This document shows positions 25,515 through 34,436 of a stretch of 64,000 nucleotides of DNA, piece after piece (within the stretch, counting starts at the first letter, position 1; every line of letters starts with the position of its first letter). The position numbers were made by a program, and so were the translations under genes. The DNA lies in NCBI GenBank assembly GCA_020632515.1, contig JACKFK010000005.1:157327-221326 (forward strand). Direction: 5' to 3'. Below the pieces are notes generated by a model. It searched no databases and was not told the DNA's origin. It worked only from the letters and a program-made list of their open reading frames with translations. This stretch comes from Candidatus Omnitrophota bacterium. GTDB taxonomy: Bacteria > Omnitrophota > Gorgyraeia > Zapsychrales > Zapsychraceae.

Positions 25515-26522
25515 ATGACGGATAAAAAAGTTAGTATTGAAGATGTCGCGAAACGAGCCAACGTTTCGATTACAACGGTTTCTCGTGTCATCAATAATGT
25601 TTCAACGGTTTCCAATAAAAACCGTGCAAAAGTTGAAGAAGCTATTGCATTTCTTAAGTTTAAGCCAAATATCAGCGCCCAGCGCCTTGCCCGAGGAACA
25701 AATAATTCAATTGGCCTTGTCATGCCTGGATACCCGGGAATTTTTCATTCTTTTTACGCCATTGAATTAATTCGCGGGGTTGGTCATGCCTGTGAATCTT
25801 TACGGTTAGATATGCTGTTTCATATTACTAACGGATATAATCCGATTAATACCAATAATGTAGGCGGCGTTTTATTTGCCGATATTATTGAAAATCGAAA
25901 ACAAGTGGAAGCGGCCATTGCTAATGGAACCCCGTGTATGATTATTAATAATAAAGTAACTGATCTGAAAACAAATTATATTGCGGTTGATAATACGGCC
26001 GGAGGGCAGATCGCGGCAGATTATCTGTCAAGTTTTGGGCATAAGAATATTGCGGTAATTACAGGGAACCTTAATACTCAATCAGGGTTGGAACGATTTG
26101 AAGGGTTTAAGGATTTTTTAAAGACTAAGAATATTGAAATCCCTAAAGATTACATTTTTCAAGGAGATTATTCTCGACGGTCAGCGCGTGTCGCTATGGA
26201 AAAATTTCTGGAATTAAAACCTCTTCCTACCGCTATTTTTGCAGCTAGTGATGATATGGCGTTAGAAACTATCGCGGTTATATTGGAAAAAGGAATGCGG
26301 GTTCCGGAAGATATTTCTGTCATTGGTTTTGACGATAATCCTGCCTGTTTATTTGGCCCCGTAGCCTTGACAACAATTCGCCAGCCGCTTTTTGAAATGG
26401 CGGATGAAGGCGTGAAAAGTCTTAATTCTATCATTCAAGGAAAAACAAAGTCGTTGGTTAAGACTTTATTAAAACCTGAGCTTGTAATCCGCGAATCCTG
26501 CACCACTCCCAAAGGCCAATAA
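25515..26522 (+). CDS. LacI family transcriptional regulator
   Basis: 335 aa. N-terminal HTH 'SIEDVAKRANVSITTVSRVINN', followed by a periplasmic-binding-protein-like sugar-binding core. Confidence 0.9.
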   Translation: MTDKKVSIEDVAKRANVSITTVSRVINNVSTVSNKNRAKVEEAIAFLKFKPNISAQRLARGTNNSIGLVMPGYPGIFHSFYAIELIRGVGHACESLRLDMLFHITNGYNPINTNNVGGVLFADIIENRKQVEAAIANGTPCMIINNKVTDLKTNYIAVDNTAGGQIAADYLSSFGHKNIAVITGNLNTQSGLERFEGFKDFLKTKNIEIPKDYIFQGDYSRRSARVAMEKFLELKPLPTAIFAASDDMALETIAVILEKGMRVPEDISVIGFDDNPACLFGPVALTTIRQPLFEMADEGVKSLNSIIQGKTKSLVKTLLKPELVIRESCTTPKGQ

Positions 26523-26654
26523 CCCCTATTTAGTCTGTTTTGGATATAACCCACGTAAGGTGGAATCAGTATTGACAATTCATCGATTTCACGATATTTT
26601 ATAAGCATTTTAGTGGAGTTATAAAAGAGCAATCGCTCTTTTTGGAGAGGTTTT

Positions 26655-28538
26655 ATGGAAAAGTATTATGATGTTATTGTGATTGGCGCCGGACATGCAG
26701 GCGTGGAAGCAGCTTTATCGGCTAGCCGTATGGGCTGTAAAACCCTCATGTTGACTTTTTTTAAGGATACGATTGGACAGATGAGCTGTAACCCAGCGAT
26801 TGGCGGAGTCGGCAAAGGGCAATTGGTTAAAGAAATTGATGCCCTTGGCGGTGAGATGGGGTTGGCGGCGGATCGTACCGGTATTCAATTTCGGCAACTC
26901 AATGCTTCCAAAGGTCAGGCTGTGCGCTCTTCGCGGTGTCAGTCTGATCGGAAACAATACAAACTTTATATGCAGAGTGTTGTTTTGAATCAGTCGAATC
27001 TTGATGTCCTGGAAGATAAAGCCGCTGAACTACTTGTTGAGCACGGGAAGATTAAAGGTGTAAAAACGGAAAACGGGTTGGAAATTTTATGCGCCACCGT
27101 TGTCATTACTACCGGAACATTTTTAAACGGACGTATTCATATAGGAAAAGAGATTACGCAAGGAGGCCGCATAGGAGAACCGAATTCAACACGGTTGGCG
27201 GATAGTATTAGAGATTTAGGATTTGAAGTTTTGATGTTTAAAACCGGAACACCGCCGAGATTGGATGGTAAAACCATTGATTTTTCTCAATTGGAACCGC
27301 AATTTTCAGATAATCCACCGGTTCCGTTTTCATTCAAAACCAAATGTATTCCAGCAACGCAGAAATTATTGCCCTGCCATATAACACATACCAATGAAAC
27401 AACACATTCAATTATCATCGATAACATGCATTTGTCGCCGATGTATTCGGGGCAGATTCAAGCAACAGGTGTGCGCTATTGTCCATCGATTGAGGACAAG
27501 TTGAAGAAGTTTTCTAGTAAACAATCACATCAAATTTTCTTAGAACCTGAAGGGCTTGATACGGATGAATATTATCCCAATGGGATATCGACAGGATTAC
27601 CAGCGGATGTTCAGGAAAAATGGCTGCAGACCATTAAAGGTTTAGAGCATGTGAAAATGAACCGTCCAGGATATTCCATTGAACATGGGGTGATTCCGGC
27701 AACAGAACTAACACCTTCTTTAGAAACAAAGAAAATTCCCGGGCTGTTTCTCGCCGGACAGATTAACGGCACAACCGGGTATGAAGAAGCTGGCGCGCAA
27801 GGATTAATTGCGGGTATTAACGCGGCTTTGAAAGCGAAAAATAAAGAACCGTTTATTTTACGACGGAATGAATCGTATATTGGTGTTTTAATCGACGATC
27901 TGACAACTAAAGGTACGGAAGAACCGTATCGGATGTTTACATCCCGGGTCGAATACCGTTTAATTGTTCGGGAAGATAATGCTGATAAACGTCTCGCCAA
28001 ATATGGGAATCGCTTCGGATTAATTACAGACCAGGAATACGAATTGATTTGCCGTAAATATCAAATGATTGATAAAGAGATTGAGCATTTAAGGACAACC
28101 CGAATTGCTCCGGGAGGTGAGTTAGATCAAGTTTTGATTCAGCATAACAGCCAGCCGTTGAAACAACCGACCGCTTTAAGCGCGATTCTTAAGCGTCCGG
28201 AAGTGAAGTACGCGATGATTGCGCCTTTTGATGGTCATTTAAAAGACTTTCCCAAAGAAGTTATTGATCAGGTGGAATATGAAATTAAATATGAAGGATT
28301 TATCAGCCGTCAGCTCAAAGATGTGGAGAAATTCAAGCATTTGGAAAATATCCGAATCCCTGCTGATATTGACTATGAAGCAATCTCAAGCATTTCTATA
28401 GAAATCCGCCAAAAATTAAAACGTTTTGCTCCGGTGAATTTGGGTCAGGCCAACCGCATTTCTGGTGTCACCCCCGCCGCCATCTCCATCCTTATGGTGT
28501 ATCTGCGCAAACTAAATTACGAGCGAAGCCAGAAGTAG
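26655..28538 (+). CDS. mnmG: tRNA uridine 5-carboxymethylaminomethyl modification enzyme MnmG (GidA)
   Basis: 627 aa. FAD motif 'YDVIVIGAGHAGVEAA', plus 'SCNPAIGG.GKG.LVKEIDALGG' and 'GQINGTTGYEEAGAQG'. Confidence 0.95.
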   Translation: MEKYYDVIVIGAGHAGVEAALSASRMGCKTLMLTFFKDTIGQMSCNPAIGGVGKGQLVKEIDALGGEMGLAADRTGIQFRQLNASKGQAVRSSRCQSDRKQYKLYMQSVVLNQSNLDVLEDKAAELLVEHGKIKGVKTENGLEILCATVVITTGTFLNGRIHIGKEITQGGRIGEPNSTRLADSIRDLGFEVLMFKTGTPPRLDGKTIDFSQLEPQFSDNPPVPFSFKTKCIPATQKLLPCHITHTNETTHSIIIDNMHLSPMYSGQIQATGVRYCPSIEDKLKKFSSKQSHQIFLEPEGLDTDEYYPNGISTGLPADVQEKWLQTIKGLEHVKMNRPGYSIEHGVIPATELTPSLETKKIPGLFLAGQINGTTGYEEAGAQGLIAGINAALKAKNKEPFILRRNESYIGVLIDDLTTKGTEEPYRMFTSRVEYRLIVREDNADKRLAKYGNRFGLITDQEYELICRKYQMIDKEIEHLRTTRIAPGGELDQVLIQHNSQPLKQPTALSAILKRPEVKYAMIAPFDGHLKDFPKEVIDQVEYEIKYEGFISRQLKDVEKFKHLENIRIPADIDYEAISSISIEIRQKLKRFAPVNLGQANRISGVTPAAISILMVYLRKLNYERSQK

Positions 28539-28557
28539 AGGCATAATTATTCTTATC

Positions 28558-28587
28558 TTGACATTTTTTAGAGCGGGGTGATATAAT
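28558..28587 (+). promoter_or_regulatory. Sigma70-like promoter candidate (TTGACA-18-TATAAT with TG extension)
   Basis: TTGACA at 28558-28563 and TGATATAAT ending at 28587. It lies upstream of cysK. Confidence 0.5.
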
Positions 28588-28661
28588 TCTTCTCTCATAA
28601 CAGCAATAGTATCAATCGGTTTTGTTTGTTCTTAATTTAATATTATTTACGGAGGTGGATT

Positions 28662-29624
28662 ATGAGTTCAACCGCTACGGAGGGAAAGATGAAAATTGCA
28701 AATAACATTACAGAATTAATCGGAAAAACGCCGCTGGTTCGGCTGAATAAACTCACCAAAGATTGTCAGGCAGACGTTGTTTTAAAGTTAGAATTTTTTA
28801 ATCCATTAGGTTCAGTTAAAGATCGTATTGGTTTTGCCATGATCGAAGCTGCGGAAAAGGCTGGAAAGATCAATAAAGAAAAAACCATTGTTCTTGAGCC
28901 TACATCTGGAAATACAGGGATTGCATTAGCGTTTGTTTGCGCGGTGAAAGGGTATAAGTGCACGTTAACTATGCCGGAAACGATGAGTTTAGAACGAAGA
29001 GCTTTGTTAAAGGCTTTGGGTGCGAACTTAGTGTTAACTCCAGGGGCTGAAGGAATGAAGGGGGCGATTAATAAAGCCAAAGAATTAGCTGAAGCAGACA
29101 GTAATTATTACATTCCACAGCAGTTTGAAAACCCGGCTAATCCGGAAATTCATCGTAATACAACGGCTGAAGAAATTTGGAATGATACAGATGGCAAAGC
29201 GGATATTTTAATTTCAGGTATTGGTACTGGTGGAACAATCACCGGGGTTTCAGAAGTCTTGAAGAAGAAAAAGCCAGATTTTAAAACTGTTGCGGTTGAA
29301 CCTAAGGGATCTCCGGTTCTTTCTGGAGGGCAACCAGGGCCTCATAAAATTCAAGGAATTGGCGCGGGGTTTGTACCAGCGATTTTAAACACAAAGATTA
29401 TTGACGAAATTGTTCAAGTTGATAACGATGAAGCCTTTGAATATGCCAAACGGATGATGCGGGAAGAAGGGATTCTAGCCGGGATTTCGTCAGGCGCGGC
29501 GGTTTGCGCGGCATTGCAGATTGCGAAGAAGCCGGAAAATAAAGGAAAGCTTATCGTTGTCATTATTCCAAGTACAGGCGAGCGTTATTTAAGTACAGAT
29601 TTGTTTGCTGAATTTCGAAGTTAA
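28662..29624 (+). CDS. cysK: Cysteine synthase A (O-acetylserine sulfhydrylase)
   Basis: 320 aa. PLP-lysine motif '[11 protein letters not shown]', plus '[10 protein letters not shown]' and '[10 protein letters not shown]'. RBS GGAGGTGG. Confidence 0.9.
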   Translation: MSSTATEGKMKIANNITELIGKTPLVRLNKLTKDCQADVVLKLEFFNPLGSVKDRIGFAMIEAAEKAGKINKEKTIVLEPTSGNTGIALAFVCAVKGYKCTLTMPETMSLERRALLKALGANLVLTPGAEGMKGAINKAKELAEADSNYYIPQQFENPANPEIHRNTTAEEIWNDTDGKADILISGIGTGGTITGVSEVLKKKKPDFKTVAVEPKGSPVLSGGQPGPHKIQGIGAGFVPAILNTKIIDEIVQVDNDEAFEYAKRMMREEGILAGISSGAAVCAALQIAKKPENKGKLIVVIIPSTGERYLSTDLFAEFRS

Positions 29625-29636
29625 AAGTATAAAAAA

Positions 29637-29686
29637 GGGGACAGGTAAATGAGATTAAATAAACTTATTTGCCTGTCCTTTTTTAT
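29637..29686 (+). terminator. Rho-independent terminator (GACAGG/CCTGTC type)
   Basis: GGACAGG (29639-29645) pairs with CCTGTCC (29672-29678). The flanking AAAT and ATTT extend the stem. TTTTTT follows. Confidence 0.75.
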
Positions 29687-29698
29687 TAGCGACTATTT

Positions 29699-30406
29699 AT
29701 GAACAAAACCCTTAAATTTATCGCGCTTGTTATTTTCTTCTTTGTCACGTGGTCTGCAGGAAGTTTTCTTCAGCTTGATTTCGAGGTTATCCGAAAGTAT
29801 TTATCATCCATTCCTATGGCTCTTTCCGGAGTCGTTTTTGTTTTTCTATATATCTTTATTACATTTTTTATTTGGCTGGGACCGAAGGATTTCTTTCGCA
29901 TTACAGGAGCAATTTTGTTTGGACCTTATGTGAGTACGGTATACATTTTTATTGCGGAAATGTTTAATGCCACCATTTTGTTTAGTTTAAGCCGTCGGTT
30001 AGGACGGGGGTACATTGTTGAAAAATTTAAATTAAAAGATGCTCAATTAACACAAATTGATCAGATTAATAAAAACTCAAGTTTTTTAAATATTATGGCG
30101 TTACGGATTAACCCTTTAATTCCATTTAGGTTTTTGGATTTAGGGTATGGGTTGACAGCTGTGCCCCAGAGAAAATATTTAACAGCCGTGGCCGGTGTTT
30201 CCATTTTAAGGATTTTTTGGCTGCAGTCGATTTTGTCGATCGTCGGAGAGAGTTTTTTAAAAGATCCACAAGTTTTAAAAAATTTGTTATCAGAGCAGCC
30301 GCAAATTTTATTTTATAGTGGTATTTATTTTGTCTGCATCCTGATTTTGACTATTGTTGCCGGTATCGGGAGTTTCCTTAAAAGGAGAGGGCTGAAAAAG
30401 AGTTAG
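29699..30406 (+). CDS. TVP38/TMEM64 (DedA-related, VTT domain) membrane protein
   Basis: 235 aa, multi-TM. 'GAILFGPYVSTVYIFIAEMFNATILFSLSRRLGR' and 'LRINPLIPFRFLDLGYGLT' match the family pattern. Confidence 0.6.
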   Translation: MNKTLKFIALVIFFFVTWSAGSFLQLDFEVIRKYLSSIPMALSGVVFVFLYIFITFFIWLGPKDFFRITGAILFGPYVSTVYIFIAEMFNATILFSLSRRLGRGYIVEKFKLKDAQLTQIDQINKNSSFLNIMALRINPLIPFRFLDLGYGLTAVPQRKYLTAVAGVSILRIFWLQSILSIVGESFLKDPQVLKNLLSEQPQILFYSGIYFVCILILTIVAGIGSFLKRRGLKKS

Positions 30407-31428
30407 GAAAAGGTGTTCTCAATCCTGCGCCAGTCGGTCAGCACCGGATCGAAATTGCGGTTTTTAAGAAGTTTTATAATATCTTCCACGGAACGATGAT
30501 CAGCAATATCAAACTGCGGGTCTTGTTCATCTTTTTTCTTTAGTGTGTATCCGCCAACAGCTGTGTTTGAGCCTGCCGACATTTTTGTTATACCCAATTC
30601 TAAAATACGGTCGCGTAAACAGGCGTCTTCCCTGGTGGAAAGGTTAATGCCAACGCGTGGGAAAAGGATACGGCTAAGACAGATAATCTTTACGAACAAA
30701 ATATCATTGATGTCGCTACGAGCAAAATCTTTTCCTTTAATTGTTTTCAAACGAGGAAAGGATAAGCTGTATTCCACACCGGGAAATTCTTTTTCCATAT
30801 ATTGAAGATGGGAGTAAAGATTGAATAAATCTTGAGCAGGATCTGCGGACAGTCCGAGGAGAATGCCCATAGAAATGTTTCTAATGCCTCCCTGCGCGGC
30901 CCGTTGGGGAGTATGATAGCGAAAGTCGTAATCGGCTTTGATTCCGGAAATGTGAACTTCTTTGTAACGTTTGCGGTCATAGGTTTCTTGATAAACCGTA
31001 ATTCCGTCGACGCCATGAGTGTGCAGTGATTGATATGCGGATGTTTCCATGGGGTGAACTTCTAAACTGATATTGGGGAAATAATTTTTGGCAGATTCAA
31101 CCGCATCAATTAAATAAGAAAGCGGTGTGGCTTTGTAAGATTCGCCTGTGAGCAGGAGAATGTTTTCGATGCTCTGCTCGGCGATAAAATTCATTTCCTG
31201 ACGCATTTGTTTTTGGTCGAGTTTAAAGCGCTGGATTCGGTTATGGCTGTGAAACCCGCAGTAAGTGCAATAACTGCTGCAATAATTAGATAGATAAAGG
31301 GGCGCGTAGAGGACGATTGTTCGTCCGAAATATTGTTGTGTTAATTGTCGGGCTTTCTGGGCAAGATCTTCAATAAATTGAGGGTCATTATTAACAAAAA
31401 TATTTTGAATTTGGTTGAGTGAGAGCAT
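30403..31428 (-). CDS. thiH: 2-iminoacetate synthase ThiH-like radical SAM enzyme
   Basis: 341 aa. Radical SAM 'CSSYCTYCGF'. It lies in an operon with thiS and thiG. It is somewhat shorter than E. coli ThiH. Confidence 0.75.
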   Translation of the reverse strand: MLSLNQIQNIFVNNDPQFIEDLAQKARQLTQQYFGRTIVLYAPLYLSNYCSSYCTYCGFHSHNRIQRFKLDQKQMRQEMNFIAEQSIENILLLTGESYKATPLSYLIDAVESAKNYFPNISLEVHPMETSAYQSLHTHGVDGITVYQETYDRKRYKEVHISGIKADYDFRYHTPQRAAQGGIRNISMGILLGLSADPAQDLFNLYSHLQYMEKEFPGVEYSLSFPRLKTIKGKDFARSDINDILFVKIICLSRILFPRVGINLSTREDACLRDRILELGITKMSAGSNTAVGGYTLKKKDEQDPQFDIADHRSVEDIIKLLKNRNFDPVLTDWRRIENTFS

Positions 31429-32255
31429 TATTGTTTCTTTTTAGCGACGACAATGATTTCACGGCCCATCCATTTTTTTAGAAGCAGGCTGATTGGAGCC
31501 CAAGAAGGGTCTTCGCACCAAATTTGAGCGTCAAAGTTTTTGAGAAGTCTTTGTAATCGATTAGGGGTCGTGATATTGCAATGCATTTGACGGTTGCGTT
31601 CGCCGCGGTCTTTGCGGATATGAAAAATTTTATGCAGGAGTTCCTTGAAGTTTTTTGGTTTATACTTTCCGCGGAGAATACGCGAAGGCCACTTAATTAA
31701 ACGAAAGGGAATATCCAAAAATAATTTCCATGGCTGCAAATATTGCTCATAAAGGTAATTTGGTGTCATCATGATAATACGTCCGTCGTCAGTCAATATT
31801 TCTTCAAACTTTTGAAAAGTTTGTGCTAATTGCCAATCAAACATATGTTCAGCTGTTTCTAGCATAAAAATGACGTTGAATTTATCTGTAAATTGAAAAT
31901 TTTCGGCAGTTCCAACATAAGCTTGAGTTTTTTCTTTAAGATGTTCAGGAAGGCGTTGAAAAGTTTCTTGAGAAAGTTCCACGGCGTCTTTGCTATAGTC
32001 GATGCCAATTGCTTTTTGCGCACCTTGTTTAACCGCGTAATAAACTAGCTCGCCGCGGCCGCAGCCGACATCTAAAGTAATATCCCCGGGTTGGATATGA
32101 GCTAATTCTAAACAGCGTTTGAATTTATCGTGAATGTTTGTGTCTAAATTTTTTGAATATTCATCGCAGCCTTCATTATCGGATAGATAATAATCTTTGG
32201 TGTAAATCTCTGGTGGAATAATTTTTTGTTTTGGGGTATCAGTCTTATGACTCAT
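31428..32255 (-). CDS. Class I SAM-dependent methyltransferase embedded in the thiazole operon
   Basis: 275 aa. Motif I '[11 protein letters not shown]'. The coding sequence overlaps thiG by 11 nt and thiH by 1 nt. Confidence 0.75.
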   Translation of the reverse strand: MSHKTDTPKQKIIPPEIYTKDYYLSDNEGCDEYSKNLDTNIHDKFKRCLELAHIQPGDITLDVGCGRGELVYYAVKQGAQKAIGIDYSKDAVELSQETFQRLPEHLKEKTQAYVGTAENFQFTDKFNVIFMLETAEHMFDWQLAQTFQKFEEILTDDGRIIMMTPNYLYEQYLQPWKLFLDIPFRLIKWPSRILRGKYKPKNFKELLHKIFHIRKDRGERNRQMHCNITTPNRLQRLLKNFDAQIWCEDPSWAPISLLLKKWMGREIIVVAKKKQ

Positions 32256-33054
32256 ACAGAAATCCTGTTAATGGCGACGAAGCATCGGCCAGGTTTTTAG
32301 AGGAAGGTAATTTGCTTAGATACGCTAAACGGCCTGCCTGTATGGCTAAGGCAAAGGCGTTGGCCATTTGCGTGGGGTTTCCGGCGGTAGCTACGGCTGT
32401 ATTGACAAGTACCGCGTCAGCGCCTAGTTCCATCGCTTCAGCGGCCTGCGACGGCGCGCCAATACCCGCATCAACAATGATCGGAATATCAATTTCCGCG
32501 ATTAATACTTTGATTAATTCTTTGGTTTTTAATCCTTGATTACTGCCGATCAATGAACCCAAGGGCATTACAGTTGCCGCGCCAGCTTTGACTAACGCGC
32601 GCGCAGTGTAAAGATCAGGGCTAATATAAGGCAGCACCACAAAACCCTCCTTGGCTAAGATCTCAGTTGCTTTGACAGTTTCTTCATTATCCGGCAAAAG
32701 ATATTTACTGTCATTAATAACTTCAATTTTAACCCAGTTGCCACAACCAGTTTCTCTGGCTAAACGAGCGATGCGCACGGCCTCAGCCGCGTTTCTAGCG
32801 CCGGAAGTGTTGGTTAATAATGTGATGTCCGGCGGAATGTATTCCAGGATGTTTTCTTGATGGCGTTCCAAATCAATACGGCGTAAAGCCACCGTAACAA
32901 TCTCGACTCCGGAAAGTTCGATGCTAGTCGCTAAGTCGGATTTATTTTGGAATTTTCCAGTGCCCAATAAAAAACGGCTGGTAAAGGTTTTATTTGCGAT
33001 TTTTAATGGAGTATCGGTCATAACTTTAGATTGGATTGGTTCTATGGCTGGCAT
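32245..33054 (-). CDS. thiG: Thiazole synthase ThiG
   Basis: 269 aa. '[12 protein letters not shown]', 'VTVALRR', '[23 protein letters not shown]', '[13 protein letters not shown]'. Confidence 0.92.
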   Translation of the reverse strand: MPAIEPIQSKVMTDTPLKIANKTFTSRFLLGTGKFQNKSDLATSIELSGVEIVTVALRRIDLERHQENILEYIPPDITLLTNTSGARNAAEAVRIARLARETGCGNWVKIEVINDSKYLLPDNEETVKATEILAKEGFVVLPYISPDLYTARALVKAGAATVMPLGSLIGSNQGLKTKELIKVLIAEIDIPIIVDAGIGAPSQAAEAMELGADAVLVNTAVATAGNPTQMANAFALAIQAGRLAYLSKLPSSKNLADASSPLTGFLYES

Positions 33055-33062
33055 TGTATTTT

Positions 33063-33263
33063 TTAACCCCCTCCAACAAAGCTGATCAATTCGACAGTGT
33101 CACCTTCTTGGATAGACAGAGATTCCCATTGGGTAGATTTAATAATGGTGCCGTTGACCTCAGCCACAACACGGCGTTTATCTTTGATATGCTGTTGAAT
33201 TAATTGGTTTAAATTTTGTGGATCGGCTAAGTTTTGTTCTTGGCCGTTTAATATTATTTTCAT
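33063..33263 (-). CDS. thiS: Sulfur carrier protein ThiS
   Basis: 66 aa from the internal ATG (MKIILNGQ...). The C-terminus ends in 'GGG'. It sits directly upstream of thiG. The 85-aa track ORF probably over-extends the N-terminus. Confidence 0.8.
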   Translation of the reverse strand: MKIILNGQEQNLADPQNLNQLIQQHIKDKRRVVAEVNGTIIKSTQWESLSIQEGDTVELISFVGGG

Positions 33264-33342
33264 AAAATCCCTAGATGTTTTGTTGGAAAATATTCTAGAT
33301 GAGTTTCCGGTAAATTGCAAATGGTTAAGTGGGGTTGGGGTT

Positions 33343-33450
33343 ATTGTGTTTGTTGTGTTTATTGTGTTTATTGTGTTTATTGTGTTTTTGTGTTTATTGT
33401 GTTTATTGTGTTTTTGTGTTTATCGTGTTTATTGTGTTTGTTGTGTTGTT
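33343..33450. repeat. Tandem array of about 12 units, consensus ATTGTGTTT (9 bp, two 8-bp variants)
   Basis: Read directly: ATTGTGTTT GTTGTGTTT ATTGTGTTT x3 TTGTGTTT ATTGTGTTT x2 TTGTGTTT ATCGTGTTT ATTGTGTTT GTTGTGTT. Confidence 0.95.
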
Positions 33451-33461
33451 GAGTTTAATGC

Positions 33462-33533
33462 AATAATTCAATAACCCAATAACCCAATAACCCAATAACC
33501 CAATAACCCAATAACTCAATAACTCAATAACTC
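33462..33533. repeat. Tandem array of 9 units of 8 bp: AATAATTC, AATAACCC x5, AATAACTC x3
   Basis: Read directly. The reverse complement of the main unit (GGGTTATT) resembles the neighbouring array unit (GTGTTTATT). Confidence 0.95.
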
Positions 33534-33600
33534 AAACACCCCAAACAACCTTACAATCCTTTTTGACTCTGCGAAAGTTTGATGGCATAATGGCGGTGTT

Positions 33601-33798
33601 ATGCAAGAAGTTGTGTGCCCACATTGTAAAAAGACTATTTATGATGAAGACGCGTTATTGTGTCATTTTTGCGGGGAGAGTTTAAGCCGGGCAGGGAATG
33701 GTTTTATAAGCCGTATGCGTTACGCAAATCCACGCATTATTTGGTATATTGTTACATTTTTGGTCTTGGTTAGTTTTTTGTGGCTTTTTGTGAAATAA
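33601..33798 (+). CDS. Small zinc-ribbon protein with a C-terminal TM helix
   Basis: 65 aa. 'CPHC...14 aa...CHFC', followed by the hydrophobic 'IIWYIVTFLVLVSFLWLFV'. The RBS is weak. Confidence 0.4.
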   Translation: MQEVVCPHCKKTIYDEDALLCHFCGESLSRAGNGFISRMRYANPRIIWYIVTFLVLVSFLWLFVK

Positions 33799-33879
33799 CT
33801 TAAATTTGTAGCTTTTTTAAAATAAATGTAGTATAAAGAATTGTTAAATTTCCCTGATAACCTTTAGAGAATTAATTAC

Positions 33880-34353
33880 ATGACAAAGCAATCTACAACG
33901 AATCAGCAAGTTTTTGGGTATCAACTTCTTTTGGATCTCTATGACTGTAAACCTGGTGTTTGTGATGATTTGGGACTCTGTTATCAGTTTTTAGATGATA
34001 TGGTCGCGGATTTAGGAATGGAAAAACAGACGCCTCCAAATATTTTTCGTAGTGATGAAACGCGTTTTCCGGATAAGGCTGGTTTATCAGGTTGGGTACC
34101 TTTGATTGAAAGCTCCATTGTCATTCATACATTATCGTTAAAGAATTTTATTACAATAGATATATATTGTTGCCGTTGTTTTGATAGGGAAAAAGCTAAA
34201 GAAGTTTGCCGCGCTTTCTTTTCTCCGCAAAAAATCGATGAACAGTATATTGAGCGCGGATGCGATTATTTTAAAGAGGATTCTAGTTATCATACGGTTA
34301 TGGTGGATAAAAGCGATAAAAACTCGCCGCAAGTAACTGTTTCCCAAAAATAA
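33880..34353 (+). CDS. speH: S-adenosylmethionine decarboxylase-like pyruvoyl proenzyme (SpeH/SpeD class 1 family)
   Basis: 157 aa. '[11 protein letters not shown]', and '[19 protein letters not shown]' containing the E-S self-cleavage site pattern (ES.IxIHT). 'ITIDIYCC'. Confidence 0.6.
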   Translation: MTKQSTTNQQVFGYQLLLDLYDCKPGVCDDLGLCYQFLDDMVADLGMEKQTPPNIFRSDETRFPDKAGLSGWVPLIESSIVIHTLSLKNFITIDIYCCRCFDREKAKEVCRAFFSPQKIDEQYIERGCDYFKEDSSYHTVMVDKSDKNSPQVTVSQK

Positions 34354-34381
34354 ATTTCAGGAATGAATATATGAAACAGCA

Positions 34382-34410
34382 GGGGCCGGATAACCGGCCT
34401 TTCCTGTTTA
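34382..34410 (+). terminator. Rho-independent terminator
   Basis: GGCCGG (34384-34389) pairs with CCGGCC (34394-34399), followed by TTTCCTGTTT. It lies inside the over-extended 5' end of the leuS track ORF. Confidence 0.6.
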
Positions 34411-34436
34411 GTGTCTATTTTAAAGAAAATAAAAAT

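Noticed and set aside
33280-33474. 64-aa ORF with 'VFIVFIVFIVFLCLLCLLCF'.
   Set aside because: It is simply the translation of the 9-bp tandem array. The periodic peptide is an artefact of the repeat, and no RBS is present.
33343-33533. Possible CRISPR array.
   Set aside because: The repeat periods are 8-9 bp with no unique spacers between units, and no cas genes are in the window. These are micro- or minisatellite arrays, not CRISPR.
33462-33533. Telomere-like repeat (the complement contains GGGTTA).
   Set aside because: The unit is 8 bp (AATAACCC), not a TTAGGG-type 6-mer. It is internal to a gene-dense bacterial region. The resemblance is superficial.
33264-33600. TPP riboswitch upstream of thiS (minus strand).
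   Set aside because: I read the minus strand for the conserved CUGAGA and ACCUGAUCUGGAUAAUGCCAGCG-like cores and found neither. An Infernal scan should confirm this.
34371-34436. 22-codon N-terminal extension of leuS in the track ORF.
   Set aside because: This stretch contains the terminator hairpin of the upstream gene (34382-34410). The conserved LeuRS N-terminus begins at the ATG at 34437.
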